A DNA stretch of 64,000 nucleotides from positions 32,001 to 96,000 of the forward strand of contig CAVTBU010000008.1 in assembly GCA_963733035.1 (NCBI GenBank), written 5' to 3'. A model generated the notes under the pieces. The model did no database searches. It worked only from the letters and a program-made list of their open reading frames with translations, and was not told the DNA's origin. The DNA is from Pirellulales bacterium. Lineage in GTDB: Bacteria; Planctomycetota; Planctomycetia; Pirellulales; PALSA-1355. A program made the position numbers and the translations under genes. This document shows, piece after piece, positions 32,446-42,299 of this stretch (its first letter is position 1; each line of letters begins with the position of its first letter).

Positions 32446-33909
32446 TCAGGGTCCGGGCCGCATGGCCTGATACGTCGGTTGCTGCGTGGCCTGGCTAGCG
32501 GCGGCAGTATAGTGTTGCTCATTCTGCTCGAACTGGGCTCGCGAGGCCTCGTTGGCAAACAGGTAAATCTTGCCATCCGCGCCAAACACTCCAAATTCTC
32601 GCTTGCCGGGCACCGACGAGTGATTGTCGATGGCCATCACCGGGTCCAGGCCCGACATGACCGGGGCATAGCGATCCGGTTCGGCCAAGAACTTCTCGCG
32701 CTCTTGTGGCCCTAGAAACAGATACGTCCGACCGCGATGCACGGCGCCAAATGTCGGGTGTCCTACGGCCCAGCGTTTACGTTCCACGAGCGTGACCGGA
32801 CAATTCCCGTCAAGAGCCAGGGGTGGGCACCCAGCCGGAATCGGTGGCAGTTGCACCTGCGGCGCCAAAGACGCTTGGGTCACCTGCGATGGCGGAGCCG
32901 CATAAGGGTTGGCAGCGGTTTGCGCAGCCGGCGGCTGTGCAATAGGCTGACCGGTCGGAGGCGCCGCGGCATAAGGATTCATGGCCGTGGGTGGTTGAGC
33001 AGCCGGGGGTTGCGCATAGGGATTCGTGCCGACCGGCGGCTGGTTCGACGGCGGTGCGTATGGATTGGCGCCATTCGTAGCGTACGGATTGGCCGCGGGC
33101 GGAGTGTTGGCCGCGTACGGATTGGCGGCGGGTGCCGCTACGGGCGGAGCCGCGGCAGGCGCTTGAGCGTAAGGGTCGTGTAGCGGCGCGCCTTGTGTGG
33201 CGGGTGCCGACGACGGTACCGCGGCATAGGCCTGTGCCGGCGTCACCTGTCCGGCCGGCGCCGAGGGTGGCGCGGCTTGACCGTTTGGAAAGTACTCCGC
33301 ATAGGGGTCAGTACCTTGCAAGTTTGGCGACTGACCTGCGGGCGGTGTGCTCGGACCTGCGACGGCGGCAGCAGGCGGAGCCGAATAGGGGTCCTGCGTC
33401 ATGCCAGCCCCAGCGGCTGGTTGCGTACCCGGCGCGCCGGGTGCCGCAGCCGGCGTATCGGCCGACGCATCACTCACTCTCCGCGCAAGTGCCCGGTGTC
33501 CGGCCGCGGCCTGGTTCATTTGCTGCACGTATTGCGACGCAGTCGGCGGGCTCTGTAGTTGAGAAACCAATCGGCCAGACGGCGTGGTAATCACGTCCGA
33601 GGGCAAGCTCGATACGCCATACAGTCTGGCGGTTCCCGGCGCCTCATCGGCATTAAGCTTCACAACCACGAAATTGCTTTCGAGTCCTTTGGCCGTCTCC
33701 GGTTTACTGAAGACTTCCTGCTCCATGCGCATACACGGTCGGCACCAGGGAGCCCAGAAGTGAATCAGCACCAGGCGGTTGGATTGAGCCGCCAGGCGTT
33801 GTGCCGTTTCGAGATTCTTCTGCCAAGGCATTTGGTTCTCGGCCGAAGCCGTCGCCGCACAAATCGCCAGCAATAAGGCGGTGGTGGTGAATTGAAAAAT
33901 CGCCCGCAT
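32446..33909 (-). CDS. Thioredoxin-family protein with Pro/Ala-rich linker and C-terminal YHS-like domains
   Basis: Signal peptide, WCRPC; NPY-containing low-complexity repeats; LDGNCPV...YLF and GLDPV...YLF. Confidence 0.8.
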   Translation of the reverse strand: MRAIFQFTTTALLLAICAATASAENQMPWQKNLETAQRLAAQSNRLVLIHFWAPWCRPCMRMEQEVFSKPETAKGLESNFVVVKLNADEAPGTARLYGVSSLPSDVITTPSGRLVSQLQSPPTASQYVQQMNQAAAGHRALARRVSDASADTPAAAPGAPGTQPAAGAGMTQDPYSAPPAAAVAGPSTPPAGQSPNLQGTDPYAEYFPNGQAAPPSAPAGQVTPAQAYAAVPSSAPATQGAPLHDPYAQAPAAAPPVAAPAANPYAANTPPAANPYATNGANPYAPPSNQPPVGTNPYAQPPAAQPPTAMNPYAAAPPTGQPIAQPPAAQTAANPYAAPPSQVTQASLAPQVQLPPIPAGCPPLALDGNCPVTLVERKRWAVGHPTFGAVHRGRTYLFLGPQEREKFLAEPDRYAPVMSGLDPVMAIDNHSSVPGKREFGVFGADGKIYLFANEASRAQFEQNEQHYTAAASQATQQPTYQAMRPGP

Positions 33910-34165
33910 GGGAGAACAGCCCCCCTCTGTGGAAAAGACTTCGAGGTGATCTGAGGGCTGTATCGGTTAGCCACCTTGCTCCAGTTTGGTAAATCTTGCC
34001 GGTAAACTGGAGATTGGCGAACCGGGGTTTTTCATCGGGCGTATTGCTGATTGGGACGCCATTTTCAACGGCATGTGAAAGCGTCGACTGCTGGCACAGT
34101 CGGCGCAGTCGCCCTCCCATTTGTGAAAATCTTCCCAGTCTCCCGCAATATCGCTCGAGACTCGC

Positions 34166-34193
34166 TTGACATTGGTCGAGAGATGACTAAGAT
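34166..34193 (+). promoter_or_regulatory. Sigma70-type promoter upstream of the structured region and rho
   Basis: TTGACA-N16-TAAGAT. Confidence 0.5.
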
Positions 34194-34199
34194 GGCCAT

Positions 34200-34660
34200 A
34201 GTTTTAAGCTCTGCCACGCAGGCAGGCGCCGTGGCTCATGAGTAGTCTCCGGTTGAGGTCGTCTCAGATTGAGACAGTCCCTGCCGGGACCTTGATTCGC
34301 CGGAAAGTGAATCGATGGGCCCCCCCAAGGTGAATAAGACGCTGAGCGTCTTTGCTACTGGGGAAATGAGACGCTTCTGGACTTGGCTCCCGTCGTGAAA
34401 CGTGCGGGAAAGGTCGCGCACGATGGCGGCCAATTGCTTGAATTGCCCGTGAGCCGAATGGGTCGGGCTTCCTTGCGTGAACCGTTTATTCGCACGAGGG
34501 GTAGACGGCCCAAGAGTCCATCCAAGCGACTTGGCGACGCGGGTATTTCGCTGCCGGAACACGGCTGCCGAAAAGGTATGACGGCACCTGGAACTATAGT
34601 CGGCTAAAAAGGTTTTCAAGAATCTCGTCCTCGGAATGGGCGCTTCTCTTGCAGAACGTC
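34200..34660 (+). ncRNA. Candidate large structured RNA (rho leader or independent ncRNA)
   Basis: Back-to-back hairpins plus long-range closing stems; no convincing ORF. Confidence 0.45.
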
Positions 34661-34831
34661 CAGACCGCGACGAGTGGGGTTTTCGATCTTCGTCACGTGA
34701 CGAAGAACGGCTTCTAGTAAGGGCATTCGGCATCGACGCTGAACCGCCGCTCGATTGTTTCCGCTCGCAAGCCGCGCGCGTGGTCTGCACTCGCGCGCTC
34801 GTTGAGTCGTGGTTTCTTTTCAGGGTGAATC

Positions 34832-36145
34832 ATGGGTAAACGCAAAAAGGGTCGTGCTCGCGGGCGTGGAGGCATGGGAGGCCAAATGGGAGGCGGCGGT
34901 GGCGGGGGGGGACCGCACAACGGTCGATCTCGTGGCCGCGGCGGACGACGGTTCAACAAGGACCAAGGCGATCGTCCACCTTATAGCGAAGCCGATCTGG
35001 CCGCCGACAACGGGGAACCGGGTGCCATTGAACCGGGGATCGGTGTTCTCGAATTGCATCCCAATGGTTACGGCTTTCTACGTAACCCCAAGACAAATTA
35101 TCTTCGCGAGCGATCCGATCCATTCGTGCCCGGCACGATGATCGACAAGTTCGGTCTTCGCGAAGGTGTCTTGATCAATGCCATGGTTCAGCAGGCCCGC
35201 AAGCAGCAGGGCCCCCGGGTCAAGGAAATCGTCGACGTCGACGGCATGAAGCCGGAAGAATACGTCAACGTGAAGAGTTTTGACGCTCTGACGCCGATCA
35301 ATCCGGAAAGCTGGTTGCGGCTCGAAACGGGCCCAACACCGCTCAGTACACGCGTGATGGACCTGCTCACACCTCTGGGCAAGGGCCAGCGTGCTCTGAT
35401 TGTAGCCCCGCCCCGCACGGGCAAAACGTTCCTTCTGCAGCACATTGCGAACGCAATTTCGACCAACTATCCCGAACTCACGTTGATGATGCTGCTCGTT
35501 GACGAGCGGCCGGAAGAAGTAACCGATATGCGGCGCTGCGTCGAAGGCGAGGTCATCGCCAGCAGCCTGGACCGTGACGTCGAAAGCCACGTCCGCCTTT
35601 CGCAGCTCGTCGTCGAGCGCGCCAAGCGTCTGGCCGAAATGGGCAAGGACGTCTTTCTGCTGATGGATTCCATCACCCGCATGGCCCGGGCCTTCAACAA
35701 GTGGGTTGGCAACACCGGCCGCACAATGTCCGGCGGCGTCGATATCAAGGCCCTCGACATCCCCAAGAAGCTCTTCGCCACCGCCCGTGTGTTTGAGGAA
35801 GGTGGCTCACTGACCATCGTGGCCACGGCCCTGGTCGATACTGGTAGTCGCATGGATGAATTGATCTTCCAGGAGTTCAAAGGCACCGGCAACATGGAAC
35901 TGGTGCTCGACCGCAAGCTGGCCGACCGCCGCGTATGGCCGGCCATTGATATCTCGCAGTCGGGCACGCGCCGCGAAGAAAAGCTGCTCGATCCCGAGAC
36001 ATTGCATGCGGTAAACATGCTTCGACGCACGCTTTCCACGATGCATCACGTCGATGCCATGGAACAGCTGACGAGCAAACTGGCCAAGTTCAAATCGAAC
36101 CGGGAATTCATCAGCCTCATCAGCAGCGCTCAAGCGGCCGACTAA
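34832..36145 (+). CDS. rho: Transcription termination factor Rho
   Basis: GYGFLR, GKGQRALIVAPPRTGKT, DERPEEVTD and EFKGTGNME motifs. Confidence 0.97.
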   Translation: MGKRKKGRARGRGGMGGQMGGGGGGGGPHNGRSRGRGGRRFNKDQGDRPPYSEADLAADNGEPGAIEPGIGVLELHPNGYGFLRNPKTNYLRERSDPFVPGTMIDKFGLREGVLINAMVQQARKQQGPRVKEIVDVDGMKPEEYVNVKSFDALTPINPESWLRLETGPTPLSTRVMDLLTPLGKGQRALIVAPPRTGKTFLLQHIANAISTNYPELTLMMLLVDERPEEVTDMRRCVEGEVIASSLDRDVESHVRLSQLVVERAKRLAEMGKDVFLLMDSITRMARAFNKWVGNTGRTMSGGVDIKALDIPKKLFATARVFEEGGSLTIVATALVDTGSRMDELIFQEFKGTGNMELVLDRKLADRRVWPAIDISQSGTRREEKLLDPETLHAVNMLRRTLSTMHHVDAMEQLTSKLAKFKSNREFISLISSAQAAD

Positions 36146-36225
36146 CGGGAGCGTCCTCGCAGCGGATCAGGGAAGACCAGCCACCGTCCTGTCTGGATGG
36201 CTGACGACTTTGCCCTGCCCGCGCG

Positions 36226-37983
36226 CTAACGCACGTTTGTCAGCTTGGGCGATCGCGCCAACATGCGAGGCAAGCGCCGCCCGATGACGACGGTTCGGTT
36301 GTGCACTTCGCGCTGGACCGGGTCGCACGGTATTTCGGCGACTTCTTCCCATTCGAACGGTAGCGTACCCGGCGTCGACATGGGCAGGCGACCGTCGCTC
36401 CCGCTACGAGATTCCGGCGTATCGCCGGGTCGACGGTCGAAGCAGAAGTACTCGACGTCCGCGGGCAAGTCGGATGCCGCCACCGGCCAATCGACTTGCC
36501 GAATCTGCCGATCGTAGACGAATGCAAAGCGATGGTACACGCGCCCCAAGCTCACAAGTTCGTCGTCGATGAACCGCTGCTTCAGTTCCGCGACAGCCGG
36601 CTCAAGGTCGTTGGCACCTTGCAGTCTCATGTTGAGGTACAGACCCGATTGACCCATTGCCAGGAAGCCACAGAGGGCCAGAATCGCCACCTGCGGTCGC
36701 GGACGCGATTCGCCTTGTGATGCCCAAATCAGTAGCCCGGCGGAAATCGCCACAACAGGAATCCACACCGCCAAGAAAGGTCCTGATTGCGCGAGCGCGG
36801 AGAGCGGTTGCCACGGCACCAGGGCGGCCGCGACGATTCCAATTCCCACGACCGAAGCCGTGATGGCTGAAATCCGTTGAAAATGCCGCCAAAACATCCG
36901 ATCCGCCGGCGCCGCCAAACGCGCGGTACAGTGCTCGACGACCAGCCCGATCAACACGGCAAGGCAAGGATATAGGGGCATGTAGTAACGTCCCCTCGCT
37001 CCGGCCGCCAACCAAACGCTGGGGTACGTCACGGCCAGGGCCACCAGCAGGAATTTCATTGCCGGACGCTCGGCCCAAATCGAACGCCGCACGCGTGGAT
37101 GCAATAGCGCCAACAGGAGCGGGGACCATGGCAGCAGGCAGCCGAACGTTTCAAGCGGGTAGCTGGCCATGTGGCTGAGCAAGCCACTGATCGTGAAGCG
37201 GTCCTGAGCCAGACCGGCCCAAATATCATCGACGACCTGCCAATTGTTCGTCGCAAAGGGAACCAGCCAGGCGCCCACGATCACGGCGAACACGGCCGCT
37301 CCCACGACGTGAGCCCAACAGAAGAGCCATCGCCAATTCCGTTCCAGAACCAAAAAAACGCCGCACGCGCCGACGAAATAAATCGGTGCCTGCGGGCCCT
37401 TCACCAAGGCACCAAACGCCGCCAGTCCGTAGCCAGCGCACCATGCCAGGAGCCGCGAACGTCCCGAAATATACATTCCGTGCCAAGTCAACAGCGCACC
37501 ACCGACAAACAGGGTGAATAACGCCTCTGACTCACCGAGCCGGCCAATTTGCATCACCTGGCCGAATGTTGCGTAGCTCGCCGCTGCTGCAAATGCACCC
37601 CGCCGAGACAACCAAAGTACGGCGTAACCATAGATTCCGAGCACCATTGCCAGCGTCGCCGCGGCGCTGGGCAGTCGCGTGGCAACCAAATCGACGTCGC
37701 CCCGTACCAGACCGACGAGTCCCATTGCCCAACTGCCGAGCGGAGGGCGTTCAGGGAAGATGGTACCTTGCTGCCGTGGTACCACCCAGTCGCCGGTGGC
37801 AATCATTTCGCGCGCTGCGTTGGCCCATCTCGACTCCTCGCCACAGACAGGCAGTGAAGTCAAACGCGCGAAATACACGCCTAGTACGAGCACTGTCAAT
37901 GCCGCAAATTCCCATTGTCGCCATCCAGCGACGCGGGTTTCTGGCGCGAAACATGAGAGCGGTGCGGTACTGCTGTCTTCCAT
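36226..37983 (-). CDS. ArnT-like glycosyltransferase family 39 membrane protein
   Basis: EESRWANAAREM, RPPL, RLPSA, LVKGP and RYYMPLYP motifs. Confidence 0.85.
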   Translation of the reverse strand: MEDSSTAPLSCFAPETRVAGWRQWEFAALTVLVLGVYFARLTSLPVCGEESRWANAAREMIATGDWVVPRQQGTIFPERPPLGSWAMGLVGLVRGDVDLVATRLPSAAATLAMVLGIYGYAVLWLSRRGAFAAAASYATFGQVMQIGRLGESEALFTLFVGGALLTWHGMYISGRSRLLAWCAGYGLAAFGALVKGPQAPIYFVGACGVFLVLERNWRWLFCWAHVVGAAVFAVIVGAWLVPFATNNWQVVDDIWAGLAQDRFTISGLLSHMASYPLETFGCLLPWSPLLLALLHPRVRRSIWAERPAMKFLLVALAVTYPSVWLAAGARGRYYMPLYPCLAVLIGLVVEHCTARLAAPADRMFWRHFQRISAITASVVGIGIVAAALVPWQPLSALAQSGPFLAVWIPVVAISAGLLIWASQGESRPRPQVAILALCGFLAMGQSGLYLNMRLQGANDLEPAVAELKQRFIDDELVSLGRVYHRFAFVYDRQIRQVDWPVAASDLPADVEYFCFDRRPGDTPESRSGSDGRLPMSTPGTLPFEWEEVAEIPCDPVQREVHNRTVVIGRRLPRMLARSPKLTNVR

Positions 37984-38173
37984 GACGACACTTCCTACCA
38001 ATCCGTGGCTTGAGGGGCGAGAAGCGTCCCAAAACCCGCAAGGTGCCGCAAGGTCGGTTTCCAGCCTGCACAGTGCGGTCGCACCCAGACACCAGTCAAC
38101 TAGGCAATGGCACGGCCGTGGGCTAGAATTTGACGATGTCCGACGGCCGGCTGCCCGCCGCGGCGTCACAATC

Positions 38174-38255
38174 GGAGGGTAAGCGAATGGCTAGCGGCGA
38201 CACTGGAAATGTCGTGCCGGGTAACCGGTTGCGGGTTCGAGTCCCGTGCCCTCCG
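38174..38255 (+). tRNA. tRNA-Ser(GGA)
   Basis: Acceptor GGAGGGT/GCCCTCC; anticodon arm CGACA-CTGGAAA-TGTCG; long variable arm; T arm GCGGG-TTCGAGT-CCCGT; CCA not encoded. Confidence 0.93.
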
Positions 38256-38257
38256 CT
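38202..38257 (+). repeat. Left att core, 56-bp direct repeat (3' part of tRNA-Ser)
   Basis: ACTGGAAATGTCG...CCCTCCGCT is identical to 54932-54987. Confidence 0.95.
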
Positions 38258-38308
38258 GTTTCGTAGCAATGACTTGCGTCGATGGTGGTATTGCACATTT
38301 CCGGTCGA

Positions 38309-39496
38309 TCAGGCGTGTTTTACTGCCAATTGACTGCCATTCTCGGAATGGTCGGCGATCATGAGTGAGTCCATCTTCGCCGCGGCGTCAATCTGCATAC
38401 TCGGCATGACGTGGGAGTAGGTATCCATCGTCAGGCTGATCTGTGAATGCCCTAACCGCTCTTGAACCACCTTCATGTGGACGCCCTGACTCAACAGTTG
38501 TGTGGCGTGCGTGTGCCGCAGATCGTGGAAACGGACCATACGGAGCCCTGCCCGCTTGAGTAGCGGCTTGAACTCGTCGGCGTGGAAATGACTCCGCCGC
38601 AGCGGTCCGCCGTGCTGGTTGGTGAATACGTGCTCAGAACCAGCCAAGCCAGCCGCCACGGTCGCCTTGCGATGCCCTGATAGCTTGTCGATGACCTTGG
38701 AGCCGATTACCACCAGCCGACGGCTCTTGGCGCTCTTGGGCTCGGCGAGGGCCAGCTTGCCGTCAATCTCGGTCAGTGTCCGCCTGACGGAAACCGTGCC
38801 AGCCGATAGATCGATATCGGACCACTGGAGTCCGAACAACTCGCCGATACGCAGCCCGGAGCCAATCGCCAGCCAGTACAGAGCCTCCAGGCGGTCACCA
38901 TCCGCCGCGGCCAACAGCCTACCTACCTCTGACGTGTCGAGCGGCGTGATCTCGCTTTTGGGCACCCTGGGGGGCTCTACGGCGTCACAGACGTTCCGAA
39001 CCACGAGTCCCCACTTGAGCGCCTGCTTGAGAGCACGGTGCAGCACAGCATGAGCCAGACGTCTTGGGTTCGGTCCAATCCCGTCGCGCTCCATTTCGGA
39101 GTAGAGCGCCTGGACGTGCACCGGGGTGAGCTTCTGGAGTCCCACGCCGCCGATTCGCGGGTTGATGTGATTCTTCACGATGGCCTTGTAATTGTAGAAC
39201 GTCGTAGCGCGTACGGTCATGCGGGCAACGTCGTCAAGCCACTTTCCCAGGTACTCGGCAACTGTCTTGCGGGACGGATCTACGAGAGTCCCGGTCAGCT
39301 TGGACGACTGCACGCGAGTCAGTTCATCCTGAACAGCCTTTTTCGTCTTGCCGTATACCGTCCTGCGCTTCCGCTTGCCGTCGGCACCGTAGCCGACGCT
39401 AATCATCGCACACCAACGCCCATCGGGTCGCCGATATACCGAACCTTCGCCACGCCCTCGACGCGCTCGGCGTTTACTCTTCGTTGCGTCGACCAT
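38309..39496 (-). CDS. int: Tyrosine recombinase / phage integrase
   Basis: RGRGEGSVY arm-binding N-terminus; GLRIGE, FHDLRHT, RLGHS and DTYSH catalytic motifs. Confidence 0.96.
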   Translation of the reverse strand: MVDATKSKRRARRGRGEGSVYRRPDGRWCAMISVGYGADGKRKRRTVYGKTKKAVQDELTRVQSSKLTGTLVDPSRKTVAEYLGKWLDDVARMTVRATTFYNYKAIVKNHINPRIGGVGLQKLTPVHVQALYSEMERDGIGPNPRRLAHAVLHRALKQALKWGLVVRNVCDAVEPPRVPKSEITPLDTSEVGRLLAAADGDRLEALYWLAIGSGLRIGELFGLQWSDIDLSAGTVSVRRTLTEIDGKLALAEPKSAKSRRLVVIGSKVIDKLSGHRKATVAAGLAGSEHVFTNQHGGPLRRSHFHADEFKPLLKRAGLRMVRFHDLRHTHATQLLSQGVHMKVVQERLGHSQISLTMDTYSHVMPSMQIDAAAKMDSLMIADHSENGSQLAVKHA

Positions 39497-39498
39497 CC

Positions 39499-39717
39499 TT
39501 ATTTCCTCCCCTTGGTTTTCACGAGTCGCAGTCCAAGAAATGCCGCCAGCTTCTCCGCGGTTCCAAGCAGAATATCTTGCTGCCCGGACATGAACCGGCT
39601 TACAACCGGCTGGGGCACGCCCGACTCTTTGGCGATTCGATAGTACGACAGTCCGCTATCGGTCACGAACTGCCGTATCTGGTCGGCCGTCATTGTGTCT
39701 ACCTGTTGCTTTACCAT
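39499..39717 (-). CDS. XRE/Cro-type HTH regulator
   Basis: SYYRIAKESGVPQPVVSRFMSG HTH; GGAG RBS; ends 2 bp before the integrase start. Confidence 0.85.
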   Translation of the reverse strand: MVKQQVDTMTADQIRQFVTDSGLSYYRIAKESGVPQPVVSRFMSGQQDILLGTAEKLAAFLGLRLVKTKGRK

Positions 39718-39723
39718 ACTCTC

Positions 39724-39737
39724 CAGTATATATACTG
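39724..39737. promoter_or_regulatory. Palindromic operator candidate
   Basis: Perfect 14-bp palindrome CAGTATATATACTG immediately upstream of the HTH-int genes. Confidence 0.45.
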
Positions 39738-40136
39738 ATCGCAATATGGTCAAGCGTTCAGTTGTGTCAAAAATCCCGCCCGGCGCCTTTTCACTGACGC
39801 CGGACGGGTCGCTGTCGGGGCCCGTCTTCACTCGGGTCCGGACCTAGGAGTTGGCTTGTCACTGGCTCACGCCCCTCAATCGCCGCGTGGCGTTCGCCCC
39901 CTTGCGCCTCGATGATCTTGGTTCCAAGTAGCAGCGCACACGCTCGGCCAGCAGGGACGCGTCAAAGGGCCCCTAGCGGCTGCCGACCCAAGTATCGCGT
40001 GGGTGGATTTGCGCGCGTTAGGCGGCGCGTGTGGCGCTCGACGCGCAGGCGATGGCATGGTCGCACCGCGAACCACCCACCGATCCCGACGCAGCGGATC
40101 ATGTGAACACCGCCCCTTCACGTCGCGCTGGAGGCA

Positions 40137-41915
40137 TCATTCGGTCCGCGCGATCTCAATTTCGCGTCCACCATCGACACAGAAAATCCTAAAGCGCACG
40201 ATTGCCTTGTCGTGAATCGCAGTGGTCAGCTCAGCCAGCTCGCTGACAGCCTTGGCACGCTCGCGATTGATCGGCAATTCCGTCTGCATTTGGACAAACA
40301 AGGTTTTCGCGCGTTCAATCCGCTGCAGAGCAGCCGCTTTCAACGCCGCGACCTGTGGTGCCGCCATGTTATCACCATACCGAGCTACTAGTGCATTCAA
40401 GTCAGCGGTGGAATTTTTTACCTCAGCTTCTGCCACCGGTATACTGGCGACTTGCTTCTCAACCAGCGAGTTTAGCTGTCGCAGTAATGTCTGCACTCGG
40501 TCGACTGTCCACGCGTACTCCTTCCGGTCGAACGGCATCATTATTGGCTCGAACCGCACCTGTAAAATGGACTTCCCCGTACCTGACAAGGAGATTTCGA
40601 TGCCGGCCTGTGGCAGTTCATCACGAATTGCGATTCGCAACTTGGAGCCCACCTTTGCAACACGGTCGCTCGGATAGAATGCCCGGGCCGTTGCGCCTTC
40701 GATGCTCAACACTTCAACACGCAGTGAGCGCGGATCAGCTACATCGACGTGCGACAATGTAATTGGGATGGAAGTTTTCGATCGAGTCAGATCGACGGCG
40801 ATCCCTTTGAGAATCAACGTATTTTGACGGTCAACCGAGGGCTTTTGCGAGTCTTTTTTCGGCTGAACCGGCCTACCCATGTCGGGTGACAGTGGCAGCT
40901 GTGTCGGATTGCTCGGAAGAAGCTTCTCTTGGACCTCTCGCTTCAGATCCGGATGGACATCGAACTGTTCCATAAGTTCGTCTACCGCGCGGAGACCAAG
41001 TCGTGTAGCAAGTAAAGGCTTTGAGTCCTTAATTTTGATTGCCTCGCTAATAGCCATCTCGTACAGCACGTAGCGCATCCAATTCTGCTCTTGTGTTTTG
41101 GCCGCGTTCAAATAGTCTTCTGGGTTAAGTTCACCTTCGACGGTGATCGCCTTTCTGGCCTTTGCCTGCTGCTCCGGAGTGGGAACCGGGAGCTTGCCGT
41201 TCCCATTCAATCCCCTGGGTGGCCTCGCGGTGGGGACGACTGGAAGCGTTCTGCCCTTAGTCAATTCGGCAGTGGGTTGCGGCACGTTGCTTGGTACGTT
41301 GTCTTGCCTTGCTCGCGGATTTGGCCTGAGCTGTGGACTGTTTTCGCGAATGGGTTTGTTCTGCTTTTTTGGCAGACCGGCGACCTTTGTGGGGTTGGTC
41401 CCCTGCGGCCTTCCGAGGACCTTGTCAAAATCGATCAAAAACGTTGCCGTAATCACGGCAGCAATTATCGCTACACCGCCGATGATGATTGCAACACCGT
41501 GGTTGCTGCGCCGTCGACGGCGCGGTACCGCGCGTATTCGCGGTTCGACGAACGTTGCGGGTGCCTGAACCGGCGTCGTCGCGGCGACGGCCGGCAATGG
41601 CGATGCGGCAAAATGAGGTGGGGGAGTGATGTCTTCAGGCGGCGACAGCTTTCGACGCAGCTGCTGATCGTATTCCACCTTTGAGGTGGGATTCAACAAG
41701 CAGACTTTCGCGCGAGCTATCTCATTCAGGATCCGCTGCGAAAGCTCAGACTGCGGGCCAATCTTGTAGCTTTGGATGTGCGCCATCTGGCGCTCGCCGG
41801 CAGACTGTATCACTTCCCTGTCGGATTCAAAGTGCTCCAGACCAAGCAACCGATAGTGGTCAGGTGGCTGGTTTTCTGGCCGAATTCCCAGCCACTTGTA
41901 GTATGGATCGAACAC
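40137..41915 (-). CDS. Membrane-anchored protein with N-terminal J-domain-like region (no HPD) and C-terminal coiled coil
   Basis: FDPYYKWLGI...DHYRLLGL...LNEIARAKVCLLNP...EYD; one transmembrane segment; GTG start at 41915 with GGAGG upstream. Confidence 0.75.
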   Translation of the reverse strand: MFDPYYKWLGIRPENQPPDHYRLLGLEHFESDREVIQSAGERQMAHIQSYKIGPQSELSQRILNEIARAKVCLLNPTSKVEYDQQLRRKLSPPEDITPPPHFAASPLPAVAATTPVQAPATFVEPRIRAVPRRRRRSNHGVAIIIGGVAIIAAVITATFLIDFDKVLGRPQGTNPTKVAGLPKKQNKPIRENSPQLRPNPRARQDNVPSNVPQPTAELTKGRTLPVVPTARPPRGLNGNGKLPVPTPEQQAKARKAITVEGELNPEDYLNAAKTQEQNWMRYVLYEMAISEAIKIKDSKPLLATRLGLRAVDELMEQFDVHPDLKREVQEKLLPSNPTQLPLSPDMGRPVQPKKDSQKPSVDRQNTLILKGIAVDLTRSKTSIPITLSHVDVADPRSLRVEVLSIEGATARAFYPSDRVAKVGSKLRIAIRDELPQAGIEISLSGTGKSILQVRFEPIMMPFDRKEYAWTVDRVQTLLRQLNSLVEKQVASIPVAEAEVKNSTADLNALVARYGDNMAAPQVAALKAAALQRIERAKTLFVQMQTELPINRERAKAVSELAELTTAIHDKAIVRFRIFCVDGGREIEIARTE

Positions 41916-42059
41916 TTTTCTGTCGCCTCCGTTTTTGCGTGCGTCTCCTCTGCCCTGCTCGCAAGCCCGGCGGCTTAGCACCTTGCCATGATACGAGCGG
42001 GCTCTTAATTGATCAACCTGACCCGAATTGCGGTAGTGTCCTAACAGTGAGGTGGTCCC

Positions 42060-42299
42060 GTGATTGATACCTATCCGCGTCATATCTTGGAGCTGATCGC
42101 GGCCTGCCGCCAGAATCGTGGCCTGGACCCTCGCGACGTACTGGATGCAATCGACGATCCCCAGTGGGAGCGGGCTTGCCACACTAACGACTGGCGTTCT
42201 GTTGTCGTGGATTCCGTCGTCGATATATGGCCTTTTTTGGGGGTTGAGGCGAGGTTGGTGGCCTATCTAACTGCTTCTGTCGAGGTGGCGATTCAGTAA
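42060..42299 (+). CDS. Small hypothetical protein
   Basis: 79 aa, starts just inside the left TIR; DPQW...NDWR...IW pattern reminiscent of small phage proteins (from memory, unverified). Confidence 0.45.
   Translation: MIDTYPRHILELIAACRQNRGLDPRDVLDAIDDPQWERACHTNDWRSVVVDSVVDIWPFLGVEARLVAYLTASVEVAIQ

Noticed and set aside
32880..33460. Tandem DNA repeat or mobile repeat
   Set aside because: Explained by the Pro/Ala/NPY-rich protein linker of the thioredoxin-YHS gene.
34200..34660. RNase P RNA or tmRNA
   Set aside because: GTGAAACGTGCGG...CGCAC loosely recalls RNase P, but the conserved GAGGAAAGUCC and matching 3' P4 strand are absent; there is no tRNA-like T arm or CCA end for tmRNA.
41916..42182. 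N-terminal extension of the 681-aa ORF 40137-42182
   Set aside because: It crosses the IS left end and TSD; a GTG with GGAGG at 41915 directly precedes the conserved domain.
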